Notes under the pieces: model-generated
Seen by the model: the letters and a program-made list of their open reading frames with translations, nothing else
Databases searched by the model: none
Told to the model about the DNA's origin: nothing
Source of the DNA: Bacilli bacterium
GTDB taxonomy: Bacteria; Bacillota_I; Bacilli_A; RF39; UBA660
Length of the DNA stretch: 64,000 bases
Reading direction: 5' to 3'
Assembly: GCA_017435485.1 (NCBI GenBank)
Contig: JAFSEY010000009.1
Span: 1,715-65,714 of the forward strand
In this document: positions 56,367-64,000 of the stretch, piece by piece
Position numbering within the stretch: position 1 is the first letter of the stretch
Layout of the letters: each line of letters begins with the position of its first letter
Translations under genes and position numbers: made by a program

Positions 56367-59348
56367 TTATCTAAATGCTGGACCTTCTCCAGATTTTTTA
56401 CCTTTCGAAGTCGTCTTGCGTTCTTCTGGAGATTTTGCATCTAATCTATTATCAACTTGGTCGCTATCTAATTGTTCTTCTAATTCATCAAGATAAGTAC
56501 TTGTACAAGTTACGTAATCTTCTCCATTATTAACACAATTTAATGTGCTATTTAAATATCCACCATTATTTTGAACTTCATTAGAGCTATTATAATTACG
56601 GATTATATTGATATCTCTAGGAGATAAAGTAATTCTATATTCTAAATGGTCATCAGTGTAAGCTTCTTCGCCTAAACCTTCAATTTCCGCTAAAGCAGCA
56701 GATCCTTTTTCTGTTCGCCAGTTTGCAGCTAATCCACTTTTATTTGGAGTTCCTACTGCTACAACTGCATTAGCATCATTATTTTTTTCTTCTTGCTCTG
56801 TTTGTTTATTATTTATATTATAAGCAATTGCATTATTATGCATATCATTTAGGTATTTAATATTAGCTGCTAAGAATGGATTTTTTAAAGATATAGGTTC
56901 AAAATCTACTGCTAATCCATTTTGGATATCAAATATACATCCTACTTTACGACATTCCCAAATACATTCGTCATCACATTCAGGGTCACCACCACAAATT
57001 CCTTCCGGGTCACATCCCCAAGGGCAATCATCACAACCATTAACTTTATAAGGACATTCTAAATCTATTGTATCAACGCCCAATTCAAATGCAACAGCTT
57101 CTAATCTACCCGCTTGACAATTACCGCCACTTAAATAATGTCCATAATTAGAAATAATAAATTGATAAGCATATTCACCTTGGGTTGTCTCATAACTTAC
57201 CGGCCATCCTTCAGTATAAGTAGCCCCTGGAATAGCTTCGCATTGATCCTTTGTTAAGGTGTATGAAGACTCTCCAGTATTATAATTATTACAAATTCCA
57301 ACTGAATTTAACTTGTAAGTATTTGTAATAGTAGCTGATCCGCTAGTATAATTTGCATCAGTAAACTGATCAGTTTCTTTACCAATTCCTAAGTCAATTG
57401 TGGCATTCGTTTTAGCTTTAGTTGTATCATCATATTTTCCGGTTGTAGATTTATAAGAATTTGTTGTATCTAGAGTATCTACTTTTACCTCTTCTAACAC
57501 TAATTCTTTTTCAGTTAAGTTTAGCCATTCGCCATCAGTATAAGTGAAATATACATTTGGGTGACAAGTTCCTCCTACACCTACTGCTGTTTTAAATTTT
57601 TCATTTTCTAAACTCCATCCATTACAGTCATCAAATAAAGCAACTTGTTCATTTGCATATGAAATATAGTTATTTTTTGCTGTTTCAATAGTTCCAGCAT
57701 CAGCTTTTTCAGTCATAGGACTACATGAAGTAACTTCTAACCATCCAGAGGTTTGAGGAATGTTCATAACTATTTCCACCTCTAAGTTGCTTCCTTTTCT
57801 TCTTGCTGTATAAGTTTTACTTGTAGTTTTTTCGTATATAATTTCTTCGCCAGTTTCTTCGTCTACTTCTGTTTTACATTCAGTTGTTGTTTCGGCTAAA
57901 ATATCGGCATAATCTTGAGCTCCAACTTTTCCAGCTTTTCCGTTTATAATGTTTTCCATTAATTTATCAATGTAATTTTCACCATAACAATAAATTGTAG
58001 TTTTATCTTTAGCTTCACTTGGATCAAAAGTAAAATAAGAACCCGATGTTATTAAAAATTCATTTCCGTTTTTATCTTGAGCACTTAATGGACCTGGTGA
58101 TAAAAACTCATAATCTTCTGTACAATAAATATTACAATATTCATTGGTTAATACTGATTCACCTAAAACCAATTCTGTTGATTCTAAAGGAGCCCCAGTT
58201 ATGTCTTCTTCCCCTATAATACAAGCATCTATCGATTCAATTGTCGAATTATATTCATCGCCTTCTGTAACAGCCACTACAACTTCACCAAAACTATTAC
58301 ATAAAGCATCACCGACACCAGGTATACCTCCAGAAGTATTGTCTATATAGCCAGGAATTTCCGTACAATCATCTTCTGGATCAGTTGGATCACCACAGCT
58401 AGCTTGTTGATTAGTGGCAATAGGTAACTTAGTTTGACCAGAACCATCACTTTCTTGATTACATCCTATATAATTTTGAACATCATAACCTAAATCTGGA
58501 CATGAATAACTAACTACTTCTGAACATTGTCCAGCTTCAGCATTATAAATTAAATCAGCACTAAATTTATTATTACCCCCACTACAATCCACTTTATATT
58601 CATTTGTTAACACCCCAGAATTAAAGGATGAGTTTTCTAAAGTCAATGGCCCAGAAACACTTATTTCTGATCCTTCTGGTACATTTGAACAAGATATCGT
58701 TACTTTTCCTTTTGATGATTTTGCAGAACAACTAGGAGCATTATATCCAACGGCTCCTCCTTCTGCAGAATTTGATGTTTTTAAAGCTTCTGATGCTAAA
58801 TTTATAGCATCACTTGTTACTTTATTATCTTCTCCTTCAGTATATAAACTAAAGTCATTAGCACAGTTTGTACCACCATAACTTTTTGCATCATTTAATT
58901 TACTATCAATTTGAGTACCTGCTTTATCCGCTGCTAATTTAGCCGCCCTTACATAACCACACTTTGTGTTAATTACAGATTCACTAGAACTATTTTTTTG
59001 GAAATTATTGGTTCCTGTTGCGGTTGCATAAATTCTCATTGCTAAACCCTTAGTATCTTCATCAGCATCACTACTCATAATTGTAGCATATCCTGCCCCA
59101 TGTGCTCCATCTACTGTTGATTCATTACAAGTAGCATTATTAGTTGCTGTAACTCGACCAGGGTCAATACAATATGCAGAATATCCACCCTCCATAGTTA
59201 TTTTTGTAGAACTTCCAGCATGAAAATTATGGTCACCTTTAAAATAGTTTGGTGTCTCAGTATACCCAGTTACTTTTCTTCCAGCATCTACCACAGTTAT
59301 AGATGCAAAACATAGTAAAATTAATAAACTTAATAATTTCTTTTTCAT
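56367..59348 (-). CDS. Large secreted Cys-rich protein (993 aa), candidate pilus-associated adhesin
   Basis: A Sec signal peptide (MKKKLLSLLILLCFASITVVDA) is present, the protein contains more than 40 Cys residues, and no LPXTG motif is found. It lies in the Tad-like operon. Confidence 0.45.
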   Translation of the reverse strand: MKKKLLSLLILLCFASITVVDAGRKVTGYTETPNYFKGDHNFHAGSSTKITMEGGYSAYCIDPGRVTATNNATCNESTVDGAHGAGYATIMSSDADEDTKGLAMRIYATATGTNNFQKNSSSESVINTKCGYVRAAKLAADKAGTQIDSKLNDAKSYGGTNCANDFSLYTEGEDNKVTSDAINLASEALKTSNSAEGGAVGYNAPSCSAKSSKGKVTISCSNVPEGSEISVSGPLTLENSSFNSGVLTNEYKVDCSGGNNKFSADLIYNAEAGQCSEVVSYSCPDLGYDVQNYIGCNQESDGSGQTKLPIATNQQASCGDPTDPEDDCTEIPGYIDNTSGGIPGVGDALCNSFGEVVVAVTEGDEYNSTIESIDACIIGEEDITGAPLESTELVLGESVLTNEYCNIYCTEDYEFLSPGPLSAQDKNGNEFLITSGSYFTFDPSEAKDKTTIYCYGENYIDKLMENIINGKAGKVGAQDYADILAETTTECKTEVDEETGEEIIYEKTTSKTYTARRKGSNLEVEIVMNIPQTSGWLEVTSCSPMTEKADAGTIETAKNNYISYANEQVALFDDCNGWSLENEKFKTAVGVGGTCHPNVYFTYTDGEWLNLTEKELVLEEVKVDTLDTTNSYKSTTGKYDDTTKAKTNATIDLGIGKETDQFTDANYTSGSATITNTYKLNSVGICNNYNTGESSYTLTKDQCEAIPGATYTEGWPVSYETTQGEYAYQFIISNYGHYLSGGNCQAGRLEAVAFELGVDTIDLECPYKVNGCDDCPWGCDPEGICGGDPECDDECIWECRKVGCIFDIQNGLAVDFEPISLKNPFLAANIKYLNDMHNNAIAYNINNKQTEQEEKNNDANAVVAVGTPNKSGLAANWRTEKGSAALAEIEGLGEEAYTDDHLEYRITLSPRDINIIRNYNSSNEVQNNGGYLNSTLNCVNNGEDYVTCTSTYLDELEEQLDSDQVDNRLDAKSPEERKTTSKGKKSGEGPAFR

Positions 59349-60103
59349 AAAACACTTTCTCTCTTTCGTCTTATATTTACCACTACAATGGCAACCCCTG
59401 CAATAACGATAATAGAGCTTCCGGCAATAAATGCAACTTTATGTTCTTTAATAAAATCCCCTATAATTTCGTACCACTTTTTATTCTCTTCTTTTTCCTT
59501 TTCTTCTTTTTTACCTACTTCTAAATACTCATTTATTTTTTCGAATTGTTCACTATATTTCATTTTAACGGTAATATATTTTTGACAAGGCAGATAATCA
59601 GTTATTCCTTCACATATTATTTTATCATGAAACTCATTATACATAGGAGTGATCAAATAGTTAGTAAAATACTTTTCATTCCGACAATCAGTTTCATCTG
59701 ATGAATAAACCTCATAAGTGAAATTAACTACATCATCTAAATTATACCAATTTAAAGTATACATTCCATCGGTGGTATCTTTATATCTAATGAACTTAAC
59801 TTCTTCGTTGTAATCATTCATTACTTTAACATAAATATCTTTAGTTATATTAGTAAATATTATTTTAAAGTAATCTCGATATAATACAACTTCTCCAACA
59901 GTTTCATTAGTAGGAGCATATAAAGACGGATCTACTTTTTCGCTTGCTTCTTCATAGACTGCCTTTACACTACTAGCAACCTTACCAAGCTCCACTTGTT
60001 GTTCATAAGAACAAGCAGATGCAGCATTTGCAACATTTAAATTTATTAACGCAAGTATTCCAGCTAGCATTACAACCACTTTTTTCTTCATAGTATACAC
60101 CAA
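59345..60103 (-). CDS. Type I membrane protein (signal peptide plus C-terminal transmembrane anchor); first gene of the Tad-like operon
   Basis: It has a signal peptide ...NLNVANAAS, an ectodomain containing Cys residues, a C-terminal transmembrane segment (VAFIAGSSIIVIAGVAIVVV) and the tail RRKRESVL. Its stop overlaps the next gene's start by 4 nt. Confidence 0.4.
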   Translation of the reverse strand: MVYTMKKKVVVMLAGILALINLNVANAASACSYEQQVELGKVASSVKAVYEEASEKVDPSLYAPTNETVGEVVLYRDYFKIIFTNITKDIYVKVMNDYNEEVKFIRYKDTTDGMYTLNWYNLDDVVNFTYEVYSSDETDCRNEKYFTNYLITPMYNEFHDKIICEGITDYLPCQKYITVKMKYSEQFEKINEYLEVGKKEEKEKEENKKWYEIIGDFIKEHKVAFIAGSSIIVIAGVAIVVVNIRRKRESVL

Positions 60104-60230
60104 CCTCTACATGTGATTTTACCATAAAACCAATAATATAGCAATTAAAACTTTATAAGCCTCTTAAAGCATTTTTTTATTTAAAATACTTAAAAATATG
60201 ATATATTATTATATGGTAAGGTGATGCAAA

Positions 60231-60902
60231 ATGATTAATATTAAAGATAAGTTAAAAACTACTATAAGGTGTTTAAGTGTTTTATTTTTATACTTTAGTT
60301 TATCATATATTTTAAGTTATATGTTTTATGAAGCTTTTGCTTCTACTAATAATGTAATTAGAACAATTAGTTTAATATTAAGTAATTTATTTATTTTATT
60401 AATTATAACTCTTTTCTTTCTTCCCAAATTAGTGAATGACGCAAATAAATTATCTAAAGATAATTTAAAAATAGCCTATAAGAATTGGTTGTTAGGTATA
60501 ATTATTATGTATTTAAGTAATTTTATTATTTTATTAATTAATAAAGACTTAGCCGCTAATGAAGCAACCAATAGAGCTATTTTACAACAAGCTCCTATTT
60601 ATGCAATTATTGTTATGGTTATTATTGCTCCAATTACAGAAGAATTAATTTTTAGATTATCATTAAGAAATATTTTTAACAATCGAACTTTATATTGTTT
60701 ATTTTCAGGATTAATTTTTGGAATACTACATTTAACTAGTATAAAAGAAATATTATTTTTAATTCCTTATGGTTCTTTAGGATTTTTCTTTGCTAAGACA
60801 TTATATGATACAGATAATATATACGCCCCAATGATAACTCATATTACTCATAATGCTATAATTATTTTTATGCTTATTTTAGGAAGCATCGTAGGTATTT
60901 AG
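60231..60902 (+). CDS. CPBP-family intramembrane metalloprotease (CAAX protease/Abi)
   Basis: Motif 1 (EELIFR), motif 2 (FGILH) and motif 3 (HITHN) are present. Confidence 0.75.
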   Translation: MINIKDKLKTTIRCLSVLFLYFSLSYILSYMFYEAFASTNNVIRTISLILSNLFILLIITLFFLPKLVNDANKLSKDNLKIAYKNWLLGIIIMYLSNFIILLINKDLAANEATNRAILQQAPIYAIIVMVIIAPITEELIFRLSLRNIFNNRTLYCLFSGLIFGILHLTSIKEILFLIPYGSLGFFFAKTLYDTDNIYAPMITHITHNAIIIFMLILGSIVGI

Positions 60903-60903
60903 T

Positions 60904-61677
60904 ATGAAGAATAAAGTAAAATTTGCAATATTTATTATACTTAGTCTTTGTTTAATAATATTAGGAGGTTTTCTTGAAACTAAAAGATTTATAGTAAAAG
61001 AATATAATATAATCGATAGTTCATTACCCAGTAATTTTAATGGTTTAAAAATTATTCATTTTGGAGATATTTTATATGGTTCATCTACAAATAAAAATTA
61101 TTTAGAAAAAATCGTTAAAGAAATAAATATTTTAAAACCAGATATCGTTATTTATACAGGAGATTTATATGCTAAGGATATTAAACTTACTAAAAATAAC
61201 GAAAAAGAAATAAAAGACATTTTAAACAAATTAGAAGTTCGTTTATATAAGTATGCTATTAAAGGTGATAATGACCACGATAATTATGCTATGCTTATGA
61301 AAGATGCTGGTTTTATTATATTAGATAATATAAAAGAAAAGCTTTATTATAAAGGTAATACCCCAATCGTTATTAGTAATACTATTAATGATGAAGATTT
61401 ATTTACTATTCAATTAATTCATAAGCCAGATGATGTAGACAATTTAGACACTTCTAATATTAATGTTATTTTAGCAGGTCATAGTTTAAATGGTCAAATA
61501 CGACTTCCTTTTTATGGTGGAATCATAAAAAAAGAAGGTGGTAAAAAATATATTGATGATAAGTATATTGTAAACGATATACCTTTATACATCACTAACG
61601 GATTAGGTATTAATAATTACAAAATCCGTTTATTTAATACACCTTCTATTAATATATATCGGTTAACTAATTATTAG
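60904..61677 (+). CDS. Membrane-anchored metallophosphoesterase (calcineurin-like, YkuE-like)
   Basis: The motifs GDILYG, YTGDLY, GDNDHD and AGHSLNGQ are present. Confidence 0.7.
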   Translation: MKNKVKFAIFIILSLCLIILGGFLETKRFIVKEYNIIDSSLPSNFNGLKIIHFGDILYGSSTNKNYLEKIVKEINILKPDIVIYTGDLYAKDIKLTKNNEKEIKDILNKLEVRLYKYAIKGDNDHDNYAMLMKDAGFIILDNIKEKLYYKGNTPIVISNTINDEDLFTIQLIHKPDDVDNLDTSNINVILAGHSLNGQIRLPFYGGIIKKEGGKKYIDDKYIVNDIPLYITNGLGINNYKIRLFNTPSINIYRLTNY

Positions 61678-62401
61678 GGTTATAAGTTCTTTTTAATTTT
61701 TGAATTTGTGGATCTATCACAAATTCATTTTTTGTATAACGAATAATATCTTTTATTATAGGTAAAGTAATCTTTTCGTTTTTTCTTTTACCTAGAACAT
61801 CTTTTATGGCCTCTGGAATATTTAAATCGGGAATTTCTTCAGCATTAACAACCGAAAAATCTATTCCATATAGTATACTAAAAATCATTTCACAAAAATT
61901 ATATTCTAATATAGGAGAGTCAAATTCATTATGCATAACAATATCTACTAGAAAATGGGGCTTTGTCAATTTAAATTTACGTGTATTTTCTATTAATATA
62001 TCTTGTAATGTCCAATTAGTATAAGCCATTCCCTTATTATTTAATTTTTCGTATAAATCTACTAAGAAATAAGCAAGGATTTTTCTCTTTTCTAAATCAT
62101 CATATGTTTTATTAAGAGCAGTCATTCCATCTATACCATAATGTATATTTGTAATATAACCAGCACACTTTCCTTTAAAAACAATAAGGCTTTTTATTGG
62201 TACTATTAAATTACAAGCTTCTTCTGATAAATCTTTCCAAAATAATGCATCAGATAATTTAGCGCAATTATCAAATACAACATAATAGTGACCATATCCC
62301 CTATATATTTTTAGTCCATCATTTTCTTCAGCTAAAAATTTTTGGTCTAAGTCTATTTTTTTTAAAGAAACTAAATTCATAAAAAGTACCTCTTTCATCA
62401 A
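61667..62401 (-). CDS. Hypothetical protein
   Basis: This is a 244-aa ORF with no motif recognised. Confidence 0.3.
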   Translation of the reverse strand: MMKEVLFMNLVSLKKIDLDQKFLAEENDGLKIYRGYGHYYVVFDNCAKLSDALFWKDLSEEACNLIVPIKSLIVFKGKCAGYITNIHYGIDGMTALNKTYDDLEKRKILAYFLVDLYEKLNNKGMAYTNWTLQDILIENTRKFKLTKPHFLVDIVMHNEFDSPILEYNFCEMIFSILYGIDFSVVNAEEIPDLNIPEAIKDVLGKRKNEKITLPIIKDIIRYTKNEFVIDPQIQKLKRTYNPNN

Positions 62402-62570
62402 TTACCATTTGGTAATAATCTATTTTTCTCGCGTAATTCTAATTATACATAAGTTTATGATTTTTGCAAACTAAAAATTTTTAGAATTTTTAAATATTTT
62501 AATAGAATATTGATTATAAAGATAATATTTATCCCCAAGTAAACTAAGTAAAAAAAAGGACTTAAGTCCT

Positions 62571-63014
62571 TTAGCATACACAATCTACAAAAGTATCGGA
62601 TAAACACTTAATAGCACATATACAATTACAATTCATAGTAAAGAATGAGTTTGTTGAAACGTATGGATTTAAACTTGTTTGATCTGGATTTTCTTGAAGT
62701 ACTCTAAATGTTGCACAACATCCTTCTATTTTTTCTACTCTGAATACTGTAGAACATGTATCTGATACGGTGCCAACCTCACATGTTGTTGTCGTATCTT
62801 TTGAAACTGGCATACTCCAAGGAGCACCATTCCCGCAACAAGTATAAAGCATTACTGGTCTTGTATTACAAATCAAACAGTTTGGTCCTCCCCCTAAAAC
62901 TGGACGATCACAACTATCTAAGCAATTATCTGGGCAAGCATTCTCTTGTAAAACTAAAATAACTTTTAAGATTTCCATAATGCAGTTGCTTTGATTGTTT
63001 TCATTATTGCACAT
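62571..63014 (-). CDS. CotY/CotZ-family Cys-rich spore coat protein
   Basis: TVFRVEKIEGCCATFRVLQ and CNCICAIKCLSD resemble the CotZ segments TVFFRVERVHGSCATLSLL and CFCAINCLN. The protein is 147 aa with 22 Cys residues. Confidence 0.6.
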   Translation of the reverse strand: MCNNENNQSNCIMEILKVILVLQENACPDNCLDSCDRPVLGGGPNCLICNTRPVMLYTCCGNGAPWSMPVSKDTTTTCEVGTVSDTCSTVFRVEKIEGCCATFRVLQENPDQTSLNPYVSTNSFFTMNCNCICAIKCLSDTFVDCVC

Positions 63015-63131
63015 ATCTTTTCACCCTTTCATGTATTCTCATTAATAATTTATGATTTTAATTAAAAATAGTGATATAAAATAAGGTTTTATTTTTAACT
63101 ATTTTAGTGTATAATTGTTTTAGGTGATAAG

Positions 63132-63449
63132 ATGTCAATGATAATTCAATATATTATAATTATTTTTATTATGGTTATTATAGCTGCCGTTATAGTAAAA
63201 ACTTCTAAAAAGGATTTTAATATTCAAGCAAATAAATTAATTACTTATTTAGGAGGCAAAGATAATATTATTAATGCTCAATGTAATATGTCAAGATTTA
63301 AAGTAATATTAAAAGATGTTAGCATTGTTGATAAAGATGCTATTTTAAAATTAGGAGCTACAGGCGTTGTAGAAATAGATAATCAACTAAAAATAATTTT
63401 AGGAAAAAATGCAAGACAACTAAAACAATATATTGATGAATTATTATAA
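63132..63449 (+). CDS. Membrane-anchored PTS EIIB (glucose family) domain protein
   Basis: LGGKDNIINAQCNMSRFKVILKD...GATGVVEIDNQLKIILG matches the EIIB_Glc domain (GGkeNI...CaTRLRl...). An N-terminal transmembrane segment is present. Confidence 0.6.
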   Translation: MSMIIQYIIIIFIMVIIAAVIVKTSKKDFNIQANKLITYLGGKDNIINAQCNMSRFKVILKDVSIVDKDAILKLGATGVVEIDNQLKIILGKNARQLKQYIDELL

Positions 63450-63464
63450 GAAGAAAATATCTTC

Positions 63465-63770
63465 TTATTTTTTTTTAATATCTAATATTTCACTTAGTCT
63501 AATTGATTCTCCGGTCATAGTTAAAATACTATTACTAGTTTTACCAATAATAACTTCTTCTTTTTCTCCATCTTTTGTTGTTATTAATACATTACTTCTA
63601 AATATATGATCTGATGAATTAAAAATATTATTAATTTTTTTTATAATTTCATTTAAACTAAAACTTCTATTCAATTCTATATTATTACCATTTCCATAGA
63701 ATATTTCTTGTGTGTTATTTAATTTCTTATTAAAAGCATTAGCAAATACTTTTGGTAACTTTTTTTCCAA
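63465..63770 (-). CDS. Hypothetical protein
   Basis: This is a 101-aa ORF. Confidence 0.3.
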   Translation of the reverse strand: MEKKLPKVFANAFNKKLNNTQEIFYGNGNNIELNRSFSLNEIIKKINNIFNSSDHIFRSNVLITTKDGEKEEVIIGKTSNSILTMTGESIRLSEILDIKKK

Positions 63771-63829
63771 TTATACCACCTCACAATATTTTATGATAAT
63801 CGTTGTGTTTTGAGACATAATATAAATAT

Positions 63830-64000
63830 ATGAAAAAAAGAATAACAGAAAATAATTTATTTATTTACATACCCGTTCTTATTATTTTATTAATAAGTAT
63901 TTTTGTTTTGGGAAAACATTCATTAGATAGTCATATGCTAAAACAAATTTTATGGATAATAATTGGATTAGTTATATTTTTTATTATAAAGAGATTTAAA
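63830..64000 (+). CDS. N-terminal fragment of a polytopic membrane protein, possibly of the FtsW/RodA/SpoVE family
   Basis: MKKRITENNLFIYIPVLIILLISIFVLGKHSLDS...QILWIIIGLVIFFII shows the N-terminal pattern of the SEDS family. The gene continues past the window end. Confidence 0.3.
   Translation, partial: MKKRITENNLFIYIPVLIILLISIFVLGKHSLDSHMLKQILWIIIGLVIFFIIKRFK

Overview
This is a visibly AT-rich chromosome segment from a low-GC Gram-positive bacterium that uses the standard genetic code, since long intact ORFs such as LeuRS and TyrRS read through without recoding. It is probably a spore former, because a Cse60-like gene and a CotY/CotZ-like cysteine-rich coat protein are present. About 90% of the genes lie on the minus strand. 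The housekeeping content includes an RNase J fragment, two fused MacB-type ABC ATPase/permeases, pdp, rmuC, a DedA-family protein, a rhodanese, trmL, a Ca2+ P-type ATPase, and tyrS and leuS operons that each carry a T-box leader. It also includes trmB, a GH31 glycosidase, a radical-SAM enzyme, a thioredoxin/CcdA/cysteine-desulfurase cluster, a CPBP protease and a metallophosphoesterase.

Two accessory machines stand out. The first is a nine-gene type-IV-secretion-like cluster of the Gram-positive conjugation type at 9.4-21.2 kb. It has a VirD4-type coupling protein, a VirB4 ATPase, a VirB6/TrbL-like polytopic protein, a peptidoglycan-hydrolase candidate, a VirB3-like small protein and a secreted protein, but no relaxase or integrase is visible in the window. 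The second is a Tad/Flp-like pilus locus at 49.2-60.1 kb. It has a CpaF/TadA ATPase, TadB and TadC, CpaB, a TadZ-like protein, three TadE-like pseudopilins, two cysteine-rich Flp-like pilins and a 993-aa cysteine-rich secreted protein. The two loci share a previously unremarked family of small two-helix membrane proteins (125 aa, 143 aa, and the C-terminal module of a 440-aa secreted protein), which suggests a functional link.

Other notable items are a ToxIN-like type III toxin-antitoxin candidate (tandem 49-nt repeats, a terminator, then a ToxN/AbiQ-like ORF) and three copies of a type-I-toxin-like locus encoding a 25-aa hydrophobic peptide, arranged as inverted repeats bracketing about 15 kb. 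There is also a tandem pair of protein-kinase-like genes in which one copy is interrupted exactly at an (AAAT)4 tract, making it a phase-variation candidate. Finally, there are decayed YhcG-like and DinD-like pseudogenes.
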